Shown: piece by piece, positions 56,626-64,000 of the stretch | Position numbering within the stretch: the stretch's first letter is position 1 | How the letters are laid out: every line of letters starts with the position of its first letter | Source: a virus | Virus record (IMG/VR): IMGVR_UViG_3300044451_000434 | Location: 64,001 to 128,000 of that record | DNA: 64,000 nt | Strand: one strand, 5' to 3' | Made by a program: the position numbers and the translations under genes | The notes under the pieces: model-generated | The model's input: only the letters and a program-made list of their open reading frames with translations | Told to the model about the DNA's origin: nothing | Database searches by the model: none

Positions 56626-56886
56626 GGTCTCTCGCCTGTATCGGAGACCAAAATCTTGGTTTGGCGATTAGGGGGGTCGCCTGATGGGTTTTGAGCAAAC
56701 GCCCCCGACGGACGAAAGTCTGGTCCAATAGCTCAAGTATGCTCAGGAGTCGGGAGCTGTGAAGCATGATGCGTACACAAGACGCATGTGCACCGATGGG
56801 GTTTCTACAGACTGCAGGAAGTCTGCCCGCACACCATCCCAGGTGTGCTGATGAGACATGTCGACCAACCATGGTCGGATGGGATG
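56626..56886 (+). ncRNA. Candidate structured non-coding RNA of unknown class
   Basis: GC-rich intergenic island with at least 7 stems. G-U pairs and a GAAA tetraloop consistently fit the + strand; two possible pseudoknots. Confidence 0.5.
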
Positions 56887-56908
56887 ATGCATTGTGATGG
56901 AGGATGAC

Positions 56909-57098
56909 CTCTTGCCAGTTTTTACATGCATTAAAATATTTTTGGCAAGAGTGGCAAATACAAGGGGATATTCTATCAACCCCCAAGGGTTATGTAATAA
57001 TCTTAAACCCACATATAAATATAATTTAACTCTACACCGTTGGACCTTCGGTCCAACGGCTGTGGTGCACATCCGGCGTAGCCAGGATGGTGCACCAC
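56909..57098. other. Inverted-repeat cluster in AT-rich DNA (possible origin, terminator or protein-binding sites)
   Basis: CTCTTGCCA/TGGCAAGAG (56909-56951); CCGTTGGACC-TTC-GGTCCAACGG (57037-57059); GTGGTGCAC...GTGCACCAC (57062-57098). Confidence 0.7.
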
Positions 57099-57187
57099 TA
57101 CTTGTTTGGATTTGTATTTTATTGAGTTATTCTCTGTGTAAAGAAGAAATGGACCATTATTTTCTGAACTATGAGTTCAGAAAACAT

Positions 57188-58060
57188 TTATTCAGAAGAT
57201 GCATCAGACCAATCTGGATGCATTTTCTGCATGTCGATCAGAGATGATTCACCCCACATACTGCGGACAGTTCTCAGTATGCTATCACTATGTGTTGTGC
57301 ACAGAAACTGTGTTTGGGGGAATTGGATGTTGAGAGCCCTGACTAGACGAGGATGTCTTCGAAAATAGACATGCATCTCAAGATTGTCAATAAGAGCCAT
57401 TCCCCTGTCATCGCTCAATTTGGTACAGATGTTACGCAACAGTGTTGCTATCTTTTTCTCTCCATCGCTCATCCTCTTGTGGTGAACCCTGGTAGATCCC
57501 TTTCTGATGCAGAAATCTTGGTAGAAATCAATCCTTTCACCCGATTCGTTTGTTGTCACAAGTTTCCCCAGTTCACAAGGCAATCCATAGACTTCATCAG
57601 CCAAATGAAGAAACTTTTCCCCCAAATTCGATGGGAGTTGAAACTTGTACATATTCATGGGGTGGTCTGCATCACAATATGCAGCCCAACCATCTGATCC
57701 CGAAGGAGCTTCTTCAAGTCCGTTTTCAACTATTTCTCCTCCCATGATGGAGACATTGAACACTCCATGTTTATGAACAAATTCTGCATGCATACTACAT
57801 GGCTCTGAAGGGGGGATGTAGGCAGCCATTGTCGGGTCATAATCAGGGTTGTATGTTAATTTTCTGAACAACATAGAATTATCACGACCCCGCAGCATCC
57901 TTGGGGTGGAAACAATCCTGATGGCGTGCATGAGAGTTGATTTACCCGTACCGTTTGGTCCGAAAAAAACAGAGAACGGTCTGTTTTCTGGATTGAAGTC
58001 AAAACTCACATCCCTCAATCCACAAAAATTCTTCAGTTTCAAACTTTTGAGCCAATACAT
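57188..58060 (-). CDS. Stand-alone ABC/SMC-like ATPase (AAA_21/AAA_15 type)
   Basis: LKSLKLKNF, GPNGTGKST, signature MSDGEK, Walker B ALIDNLEMH, H-loop TTHS. Confidence 0.88.
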   Translation of the reverse strand: MYWLKSLKLKNFCGLRDVSFDFNPENRPFSVFFGPNGTGKSTLMHAIRIVSTPRMLRGRDNSMLFRKLTYNPDYDPTMAAYIPPSEPCSMHAEFVHKHGVFNVSIMGGEIVENGLEEAPSGSDGWAAYCDADHPMNMYKFQLPSNLGEKFLHLADEVYGLPCELGKLVTTNESGERIDFYQDFCIRKGSTRVHHKRMSDGEKKIATLLRNICTKLSDDRGMALIDNLEMHVYFRRHPRLVRALNIQFPQTQFLCTTHSDSILRTVRSMWGESSLIDMQKMHPDWSDASSE

Positions 58061-58724
58061 GCAGATGAAAACCTTTCAACAACTTTTATCGGAAATCGAT
58101 CCACACAAAGCAGCAGAAGAAATAGTCACCTATGCTTTTGACAGAGCTATACAGCCTGATAGTATCATCGCCGAATTCGATGTGAGTGGAGGGACAATGA
58201 GTGCAAAAGGCAAGGCAAACACATGGATAAGATTTGACTGCAATCCAGGTATTATAAAAAACCTGATCCAAATCATGTCTGAAGTTGACGAGGTTTGCGA
58301 CGATGATGTGGAAGCCATGGACAAATGGAGAGGCGAGGTGTCTAAAATCCTAGAAACTGACATGCTGCACAGTATTCGCGAAGCAATAAGAGGAAGGATA
58401 TTGGGTGGAGCCCCGTCAGAAGTGATACCGCTTCACGATATAAATATAAAGGACGTCGACATAACTGACCTTCCTGAAGACGATTGTGTACTAGTGATCA
58501 AGAAGTCAGCACCCCAAGGGGAGGAAACAAGCCCTGTGGCTGATGACATATTTAGAGAGAAGGGTCGTACTGGAGAGACAGTACAGCAGGTGTTTGACCG
58601 CAGGAAACGGGAGTGTGATCCGAGGTACAGATGGGTTGTGGGCGTGGATCAGAGAAAGCACTTTTTTGAGGTGACTGTGTCAATTTCGGCTGACTACTCA
58701 TTCCGCAAAAAAGAGGATAATTAA
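58059..58724 (+). CDS. Hypothetical acidic protein (~220 aa)
   Basis: Likely ATG at 58059 or 58065; the longer ORF start would overlap the ATPase gene. Confidence 0.65.
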   Translation: MQMKTFQQLLSEIDPHKAAEEIVTYAFDRAIQPDSIIAEFDVSGGTMSAKGKANTWIRFDCNPGIIKNLIQIMSEVDEVCDDDVEAMDKWRGEVSKILETDMLHSIREAIRGRILGGAPSEVIPLHDINIKDVDITDLPEDDCVLVIKKSAPQGEETSPVADDIFREKGRTGETVQQVFDRRKRECDPRYRWVVGVDQRKHFFEVTVSISADYSFRKKEDN

Positions 58725-58763
58725 AACATATCTATAAATTTATAATATAGAAGGCTTTTTTCC

Positions 58764-59099
58764 ATGATGAAATTGATTTCTGACCATGTTGACATAAAAA
58801 AAAATGCAGCAAAGTACCATGGCAAAGAGGTGCCGCTGAGGAAGATTCTTCCCGGAGATGTGAAGAAATTCAAGGTGTATGTCAAAGATCCATCCTCTGG
58901 AAATATCAAGAAGGTAAATTTCGGTCATGGCGGATCATCTGCGAAGGCTAGGGGTGAAAAGACCCTGTCAATAAAGAGGAACGAGGATGAAAGACAGAAG
59001 AGCTTTCTAGCACGTCACAAGTGCGATACCGCAAAAGATCCCACAACGCCAAGGCATTGGTCATGCAAGGCATGGCATCGTAAAACAAAACTACCCTGA
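58764..59099 (+). CDS. Small basic protein, DUF5754-like
   Basis: KKFKVYVK...KKVNFG......R.KSFLARH.C....TPRHWSCK.W pattern, recalled as common in large phages and viruses. Confidence 0.7.
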   Translation: MMKLISDHVDIKKNAAKYHGKEVPLRKILPGDVKKFKVYVKDPSSGNIKKVNFGHGGSSAKARGEKTLSIKRNEDERQKSFLARHKCDTAKDPTTPRHWSCKAWHRKTKLP

Positions 59100-59109
59100 A
59101 AGGAAAAAT

Positions 59110-60078
59110 ATGGCTCATATTAAAACAGCAAGTGACGGAACACAGAAGATTTCAATGTCCACTGTAGAGTGGATTGATATTGGCCTGAAGCGTGGTCTGC
59201 TCTCTATTGATCCTCGGGCTCCGAGATTCGCTGCAAATCTTGCAAAAAGTGCTGGTCTCCAACCTGGTAAGGCTAGCTATACAACCATCAAGAAAGCCAT
59301 GCAGAATGAAGAGATCATGGCAAAGATAGCAAAAAACCTTGAAAGAAGTGCGCTAATTAAGACTGCTCAACAGGTAGGTGAGAACACAGGAGGCCCAGGT
59401 TGGGGCACCGCTGCCCTTGGAGCCGCAGGTCTCGCTGCTGCTGCGCCACTCGCCTTCCAGGGCGGAAGAGATATGTATAGAAATATTGGTGCAGGTCTTT
59501 CGAGTGCAGGAAATAGTTCAGCACAAACCATGTCTGGTCTTGGTTCTGCATTTGGCCAAGGATTTGGCGGTAACCCTGTCGGTGGCGCTGCCACATCATT
59601 TGGAAATATTGCAAAAGGGGTGGGCAACTTTGCAGCCCGAGCTGCCATGCCAGCTCTCGGTCTTGCTGGCGGTTTTTTGGGCAGCAAGTACCTGATTAAT
59701 CACTTTAAGGACAAATTAGCAGGCGATTCGGCCCCAAGTCCACAACTTATGGCAGACCCCCAAAAACAGAAGTCAGTTATGAGGTCGATATATCATTTCA
59801 ACCAGTTGGCTCCAACAATGAAGGGCATGTCTAGCAGCATTGACAAGCAACTTGACACCATAGCGGCAGCAGTAACCGACACTATTCAGAAAATGCAGGA
59901 GGCGCAGAACACTGTCATGACTCCCACCATTGTAACCCCTGAAGAGCAGAGGGCAAAAGAGATAGCAGATGCTCAAGCAGCTCAGAATGCTGCTCAGGCA
60001 GCATATATGAAATCTATGGCAGGTCCACAGGTTCAGGCCCCCGCTGGTTTGCCATCCGTTACTGCTCCAGCAAGTTAA
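59110..60078 (+). CDS. Gly/Ala-rich candidate internal virion (ejection) protein
   Basis: AAGGA SD; KTAS and KTAQ motifs; glycine-zipper-like hydrophobic segments. Confidence 0.6.
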   Translation: MAHIKTASDGTQKISMSTVEWIDIGLKRGLLSIDPRAPRFAANLAKSAGLQPGKASYTTIKKAMQNEEIMAKIAKNLERSALIKTAQQVGENTGGPGWGTAALGAAGLAAAAPLAFQGGRDMYRNIGAGLSSAGNSSAQTMSGLGSAFGQGFGGNPVGGAATSFGNIAKGVGNFAARAAMPALGLAGGFLGSKYLINHFKDKLAGDSAPSPQLMADPQKQKSVMRSIYHFNQLAPTMKGMSSSIDKQLDTIAAAVTDTIQKMQEAQNTVMTPTIVTPEEQRAKEIADAQAAQNAAQAAYMKSMAGPQVQAPAGLPSVTAPAS

Positions 60079-60100
60079 TCACATTCAGAAAGAACGAAAA

Positions 60101-60736
60101 ATGAGCGACAATAAAATGATCAAAATATCAGATCGTCAGTGGATGGAGGCAGGTATCAAGAAGGGGTATCTTACAAAAGGCCCAGAAGGTATAATGCTGC
60201 GCAAAGAAGCACTAGGATTCTTGCCTGCCCTTGGTATAGGCGCTGCTATACCTGCTGCTTGGGAAGGGGGCAAGTGGCTGTGGAACAAAGCCACAGGCAA
60301 TCGCAGCTTGGGAGAACTTTTTTCCGGATATAGCGTTGATCCCCAGAAATTTCAACAGATCCAAAAAAACTACAAGTTGCTCATGAGGCACCTTGACGAG
60401 TTGTCTACGATGTCTCCGCGTGTGGCGCAAGCGGTCGCGGCAGCAAAAACCGAAATCGCTGCCAAGATGAACGACATGGCACGACAGATTGGGGTTGCAG
60501 GAGGTTCTGCCTCTTTCGGCGGTCAACAACTTGAGGACGAAACCACTGAAGCACATAAGAAACAGCTAGAGGACATAAAGAAGAAGACTCAGATGTATGG
60601 CGCTCTTGGCAAAGGCCCTGGAGGAGAACTTCCAAAAGACTTCAATCCGCAGGCCCCTAGCAAGCCCGCTAGCGGGGCACCCCTTCAATCTGCCACGGCA
60701 GCCGCACCTACTCCACCAAGCACTCCTGGAGCCTAA
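60101..60736 (+). CDS. Candidate internal virion (ejection) protein, N-terminal paralogue of the previous gene
   Basis: KIS..W...G.K.G.L leader, then KEA-LGFLPALGIGAAIPAAW. Confidence 0.6.
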   Translation: MSDNKMIKISDRQWMEAGIKKGYLTKGPEGIMLRKEALGFLPALGIGAAIPAAWEGGKWLWNKATGNRSLGELFSGYSVDPQKFQQIQKNYKLLMRHLDELSTMSPRVAQAVAAAKTEIAAKMNDMARQIGVAGGSASFGGQQLEDETTEAHKKQLEDIKKKTQMYGALGKGPGGELPKDFNPQAPSKPASGAPLQSATAAAPTPPSTPGA

Positions 60737-60741
60737 TCACT

Positions 60742-61221
60742 ATGGATAGGATTGCTCAGTCACCTGCAGCATCCGGCGCCCAGAGGATGAGGGCTCGTGA
60801 CGTTAGCTCTTCCGGCAGCGCCGCCAAGCCTGTGGTTCCCTCGGCAAGAGACATCGCAGCCCAAAATACAAACAGACCTATGGGAGGGGTATCTGTCGCA
60901 GCAGCATCCACAAAACCATCTGTCAGCACCCCGCTTGGCAACAGGGGAACCATCCCCAGCATGACTCAGCGCCAGCAGGAGCAGGTGGCTGCTGCACAAA
61001 CACCCCAGCAGCAGCAGCAGCAGTCATTATGGCAATACAATCCAAAAGCAACTCAGGTCTCCCCTCCGACTAAGGTTGGAGAGGATTTATATGAAACTTG
61101 GACTGGCCCACACCAATATTCAGGTCAGCCAGTTGATATGAAATGGGTACTTTCGCCAGACACAGGTGGACAGTGGCAGCCGACTCAGCAACTCAGATAT
61201 AGCCAATCAGATAGGAGTTAA
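60742..61221 (+). CDS. Low-complexity Gln/Pro/Ala-rich protein
   Basis: In-operon ORF starting MDRIAQ. Confidence 0.6.
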   Translation: MDRIAQSPAASGAQRMRARDVSSSGSAAKPVVPSARDIAAQNTNRPMGGVSVAAASTKPSVSTPLGNRGTIPSMTQRQQEQVAAAQTPQQQQQQSLWQYNPKATQVSPPTKVGEDLYETWTGPHQYSGQPVDMKWVLSPDTGGQWQPTQQLRYSQSDRS

Positions 61222-61222
61222 A

Positions 61223-62164
61223 ATGGATAAAATTTACACAGGTTTTGGCCCGCTTACCACTTTAACAAATCCCAAAGAGGCAAGCATGACCCTCAACATG
61301 TTTAAGGATATTGCACGCTCAAAGCAGGCACAGTCTATCAATCAGATTGCCACTGAACAACAGAATGAGATCACGGCCGAAGAAGCAAGGAAACGGGTTG
61401 ATAACAAAGAAATATATATGATAAATATCGCTGGATTGCACTACCGACTTCTTGATCCTGAAAGAAAGAAAAAGGTACTCAATCATTTCATAAATGAAAT
61501 ATCAACTGGTCGCTCGGCTGAGAAAAATATTGAATATGCGTTCAGAAATAGTAATATTATCCTTCCTTTGTCGATGGCAGAAAAGAAAGCGATGGCTCTC
61601 GCAATACTCAAAGGTGAGTTGGTCAATATCCAGTCTACCCCCAAACAGCCTGCAGAACAGCCTAGAGATCAGCAGCAGCCCAAGGCTCAGGAAGCTCCAT
61701 CAGCAGGTTCGGCTAACGCAGACAGTTCAAGACAATCACCAGTCGCTGTAGATAACAATGCAGGCAGTAAGGTAGACACTAAGCAGACTCAGCAGACTGC
61801 TGCAGGTGGAGAGTCAAAAAATAAAACCCCTAGTCAGGGAAGCGGTTTTGGTGCTGGACTTCTGTCTCTCGTCGGGCAGGGTCTAGTAGCCGTTATTGAT
61901 GCAATCAAAAAGTTGCCGTCTGCGCCCAAAGTTTCCGATCAGGTTCTTGCTCAAATGATTGTAGCAGATCAGCCGCAATATTGGTTCCCGAACAACGCGG
62001 TGTCAGAAACTGGTTTTTATGGACCGTTTATCCGTGGACAGAACATTTTCTGGGCAGAAATAGAGTATAACGGTGAAGCCGAACAATTCATGTACAGTGG
62101 TAGATATGCATCGGTTCCTGTTGTGGCATCTCAGGCAGTTAAGGAATCTGCTCGGGGCACCTAA
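61223..62164 (+). CDS. Hypothetical protein (~313 aa)
   Basis: ATG at 61223 with AGGAG SD; KEAS, KQAQ; hydrophobic GFGAGLLSLVGQGLVAVI segment. Confidence 0.7.
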   Translation: MDKIYTGFGPLTTLTNPKEASMTLNMFKDIARSKQAQSINQIATEQQNEITAEEARKRVDNKEIYMINIAGLHYRLLDPERKKKVLNHFINEISTGRSAEKNIEYAFRNSNIILPLSMAEKKAMALAILKGELVNIQSTPKQPAEQPRDQQQPKAQEAPSAGSANADSSRQSPVAVDNNAGSKVDTKQTQQTAAGGESKNKTPSQGSGFGAGLLSLVGQGLVAVIDAIKKLPSAPKVSDQVLAQMIVADQPQYWFPNNAVSETGFYGPFIRGQNIFWAEIEYNGEAEQFMYSGRYASVPVVASQAVKESARGT

Positions 62165-62178
62165 AAATATTCTACTCT

Positions 62179-62214
62179 AAAAAAGGGGGCTGTCCACTAG
62201 GCTGCCACTTTTTT
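62179..62214. terminator. Possible bidirectional terminator between convergent genes
   Basis: A6-G...GGC.GTC-loop-GGC.GCC...C-T6; imperfect stem. Confidence 0.4.
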
Positions 62215-62227
62215 CTTATGATTTCGC

Positions 62228-62377
62228 TTATTTGCTCTGTTTCTTCACATAATTAACACAACGTTCGTATTTCTTTTTGTCATCTCTGCCGACAGATACT
62301 GTGCAAATAGCCCACGGATTGGGGTCATATTCTTTTTTATTCTTTTTGGCCAGCTTATGCCAATTGCCGTCATTCAT
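62228..62377 (-). CDS. 49-aa protein with an NPWAIC...YERCV motif (below the ORF-track cutoff)
   Basis: Translated by hand: MNDGNWHKLAKKNKKEYDPNPWAICTVSVGRDDKKKYERCVNYVKKQSK*; ATGA overlap with the upstream gene. Confidence 0.75.
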   Translation of the reverse strand: MNDGNWHKLAKKNKKEYDPNPWAICTVSVGRDDKKKYERCVNYVKKQSK

Positions 62378-63006
62378 CGCCTTGTCCTTGGTCTCGACCG
62401 GTTTTTTCTAGCCATTGCTATTGCTGCTTCTGATTGTGCTGCTATTGCTGCTTTTGCTTCTGCTGCTTTTTGCTTCCGTGCTGCTGCTTCTTCTTGCTTC
62501 TGTCTGTCAGCGTTGTTTTTGATATTGATATTATTTATGACCATTTTTGTGTACGGTTCAACAAGATCACCATTTGTGTTATACTGATAGATGTACTCCC
62601 TTACCCTATCTGAATACATTTCAATTGTTTCACCACGCTGCATTTTTGGTACGCTTTTTAAAAAAGCATCTCTTGTAGCAACATAGTCCTCGGCACTCAT
62701 TTGTGAAAGGACGGCCTCATCTCCCTCAAGTATTGCCATGATCTGTTCTTGGACACCGATCCTGCCACTCTCTCTAGAAATTGTGTAAGCTTCGCCTTGC
62801 TTTTTCCACAAATGTTTCCACTCTGCTTTCAGTTGCTCTATCTGTTGCTGTCTCTGTTGTTCAAGTTGTGGATCTTTATTTTGGGGCTGATTATTAAGAT
62901 TATTCAACTGTCTAGAAATCTCATTCATTCTATAAGATATGTCAACGATTGTAGCATTCCCCTGATGTCCATGTTGTGCTGTCTTTGAAATGTTATATAT
63001 ACCCAT
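62374..63006 (-). CDS. Coiled-coil hypothetical protein (~210 aa)
   Basis: Likely ATG at 63006 (MGIYNISKTAQ). Confidence 0.65.
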   Translation of the reverse strand: MGIYNISKTAQHGHQGNATIVDISYRMNEISRQLNNLNNQPQNKDPQLEQQRQQQIEQLKAEWKHLWKKQGEAYTISRESGRIGVQEQIMAILEGDEAVLSQMSAEDYVATRDAFLKSVPKMQRGETIEMYSDRVREYIYQYNTNGDLVEPYTKMVINNINIKNNADRQKQEEAAARKQKAAEAKAAIAAQSEAAIAMARKNRSRPRTRR

Positions 63007-63050
63007 ACAAGGTATTTTGCATGCAATGGTCGAAAAACCTCTAGGATAAC

Positions 63051-63551
63051 ATGTCAAAAGACAAAGATGATACATTGACAGAAACGGGTATGCAGATTGC
63101 CGAAGACGCCATTATTCATATTTCAGCGGGACTTGATGAATTCAACCACAACCCTCTCCCCTCAAAAATTACAAATGATATAAGTGTTAATCTTGCTCTA
63201 CATGGTCCCGACGGTACAGACTATGACAGAAGTTGGTTGTCATCACTGATAAAAAATATTATTGAAGAAATTGAACAATCAATAACAATGACGTATATCA
63301 GGCTTGAAAAACCCGCAAGGTTCTTTGGAAAAATGCATTTCAGAAAATCTTGTCCTGAAGTCAAAGACATGAATGTAAAGAATGATTACCAATCCCAAAG
63401 GCGGGCAACTCCTAGTGAGATAGCATCATTGGTTCAGATCTTAAATATAATTAAAATAAAAGATTTTGTCTATAATGTTAGAAATTGTTGTATGTCCGTT
63501 GATAGGGCATGCAGGCAACTAGAATTGGCTGTTGAAAGATTTTCTCGATGA
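63051..63551 (+). CDS. Hypothetical protein (166 aa)
   Basis: AGGA SD; divergent from the previous gene. Confidence 0.6.
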   Translation: MSKDKDDTLTETGMQIAEDAIIHISAGLDEFNHNPLPSKITNDISVNLALHGPDGTDYDRSWLSSLIKNIIEEIEQSITMTYIRLEKPARFFGKMHFRKSCPEVKDMNVKNDYQSQRRATPSEIASLVQILNIIKIKDFVYNVRNCCMSVDRACRQLELAVERFSR

Positions 63552-64000
63552 AAGAAATCATATCGAAATCATATTCAGAAAAGAAAGCATCTCTCGGCGA
63601 ATCAATGTCTCGTGGTTTTGACATGTTCTCAAGGATGACAAACCATCCTTTGTGGAGGAGTTTTTGGAGAGGAACCCACTTGGACGCAAAGTCTGGTATG
63701 CTTGGGCAGGGGCTGAAAGCCCTTGAAATATATGGGGTGACAGACAGGGAGGGTCGAGAGTTAGCCTCGGCCACTAGAGACATGGTTTCTCTTATCGATG
63801 CCACTGAACCAGAATGCTTCAAGATACCAGATTCTCTGAAAGATGTGCTTGAGAAAATGAACTCCAATACGTCATCTATAATTAAAGATTATAAAAATAA
63901 ATCTAAACGGTGGAGAAATTGGTGTAATGAGAATTTTGATTTTGGTCCATTCTCCTCTGCGTACAATAGATACATAAAAAAACACACCAATGAAATCGGC
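63548..64000 (+). CDS. Partial hypothetical protein (runs off the window end)
   Basis: ATGA overlap at 63548; open for 151 codons, MKEIISKSYSEKKASLG... Confidence 0.65.
   Translation, partial: MKEIISKSYSEKKASLGESMSRGFDMFSRMTNHPLWRSFWRGTHLDAKSGMLGQGLKALEIYGVTDREGRELASATRDMVSLIDATEPECFKIPDSLKDVLEKMNSNTSSIIKDYKNKSKRWRNWCNENFDFGPFSSAYNRYIKKHTNEIG

Noticed and set aside
56848-56880. Hammerhead ribozyme (CUGAUGAG)
   Set aside because: No GAAA at the required position after a stem II.
56800-56880. Group I intron core (CAGACUG ... GAUGAGACAUGUCG resemble R/S elements)
   Set aside because: P7 would need an extra bulge, P3-P6 are unconvincing and no interrupted host gene is seen; not excluded without a covariance-model search.
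56626-57100. tRNA, tmRNA, RNase P or SRP identity for the structured island
   Set aside because: No T-loop or acceptor stem, no P4 partner for GAAAGUC and no SRP core motif. No tRNA was noticed anywhere in the window.
56468-57247. ORFs 56468-56986, 56743-57072 and 56894-57247 as real genes
   Set aside because: Atypical composition, no SD or recognisable motifs, mutually overlapping, and they cross dense inverted repeats.
1-64000. Stop-codon reassignment as in some large phages
   Set aside because: Genes are long and densely coupled in the standard code; TAA, TAG and TGA all end genes at sensible boundaries.

Overview
This window is the virion morphogenesis region of a large tailed dsDNA phage (Caudoviricetes). 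It reads in the standard code, and the host cannot be determined from the sequence. A tightly coupled minus-strand operon runs as follows: three fibre genes; large terminase; about 12 unknown genes; portal; a 1904-aa HK97/herpes-type prohead protease/scaffold; decoration protein; major capsid; glycosyltransferases, an S8 protease and PhoH; an actin-like ATPase; neck proteins; tail tube; chaperones with a -1 frameshift; tape measure; giant tail-tip proteins. No sheath gene is visible. A mostly plus-strand block starts at about 58060. The main observations are: (1) a K-x-A-(S/Q/G/A) motif strongly enriched in the protease polyprotein and about 20 neighbouring unknown proteins, most likely a prohead-protease maturation code that marks a head-internal proteome, including Gly/Ala-rich candidate ejection proteins with a shared propeptide; (2) a portal fused to a Vsr/DUF559-type endonuclease; (3) an unannotated GC-rich island of about 270 nt with several hairpins and two possible pseudoknots (candidate ncRNA), next to an inverted-repeat cluster; (4) an actin homologue and three glycosyltransferase-like genes among the structural genes; (5) two candidate programmed -1 frameshifts and one gene broken at a homopolymer. 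All family calls come from motif recognition by eye; no database search was run.
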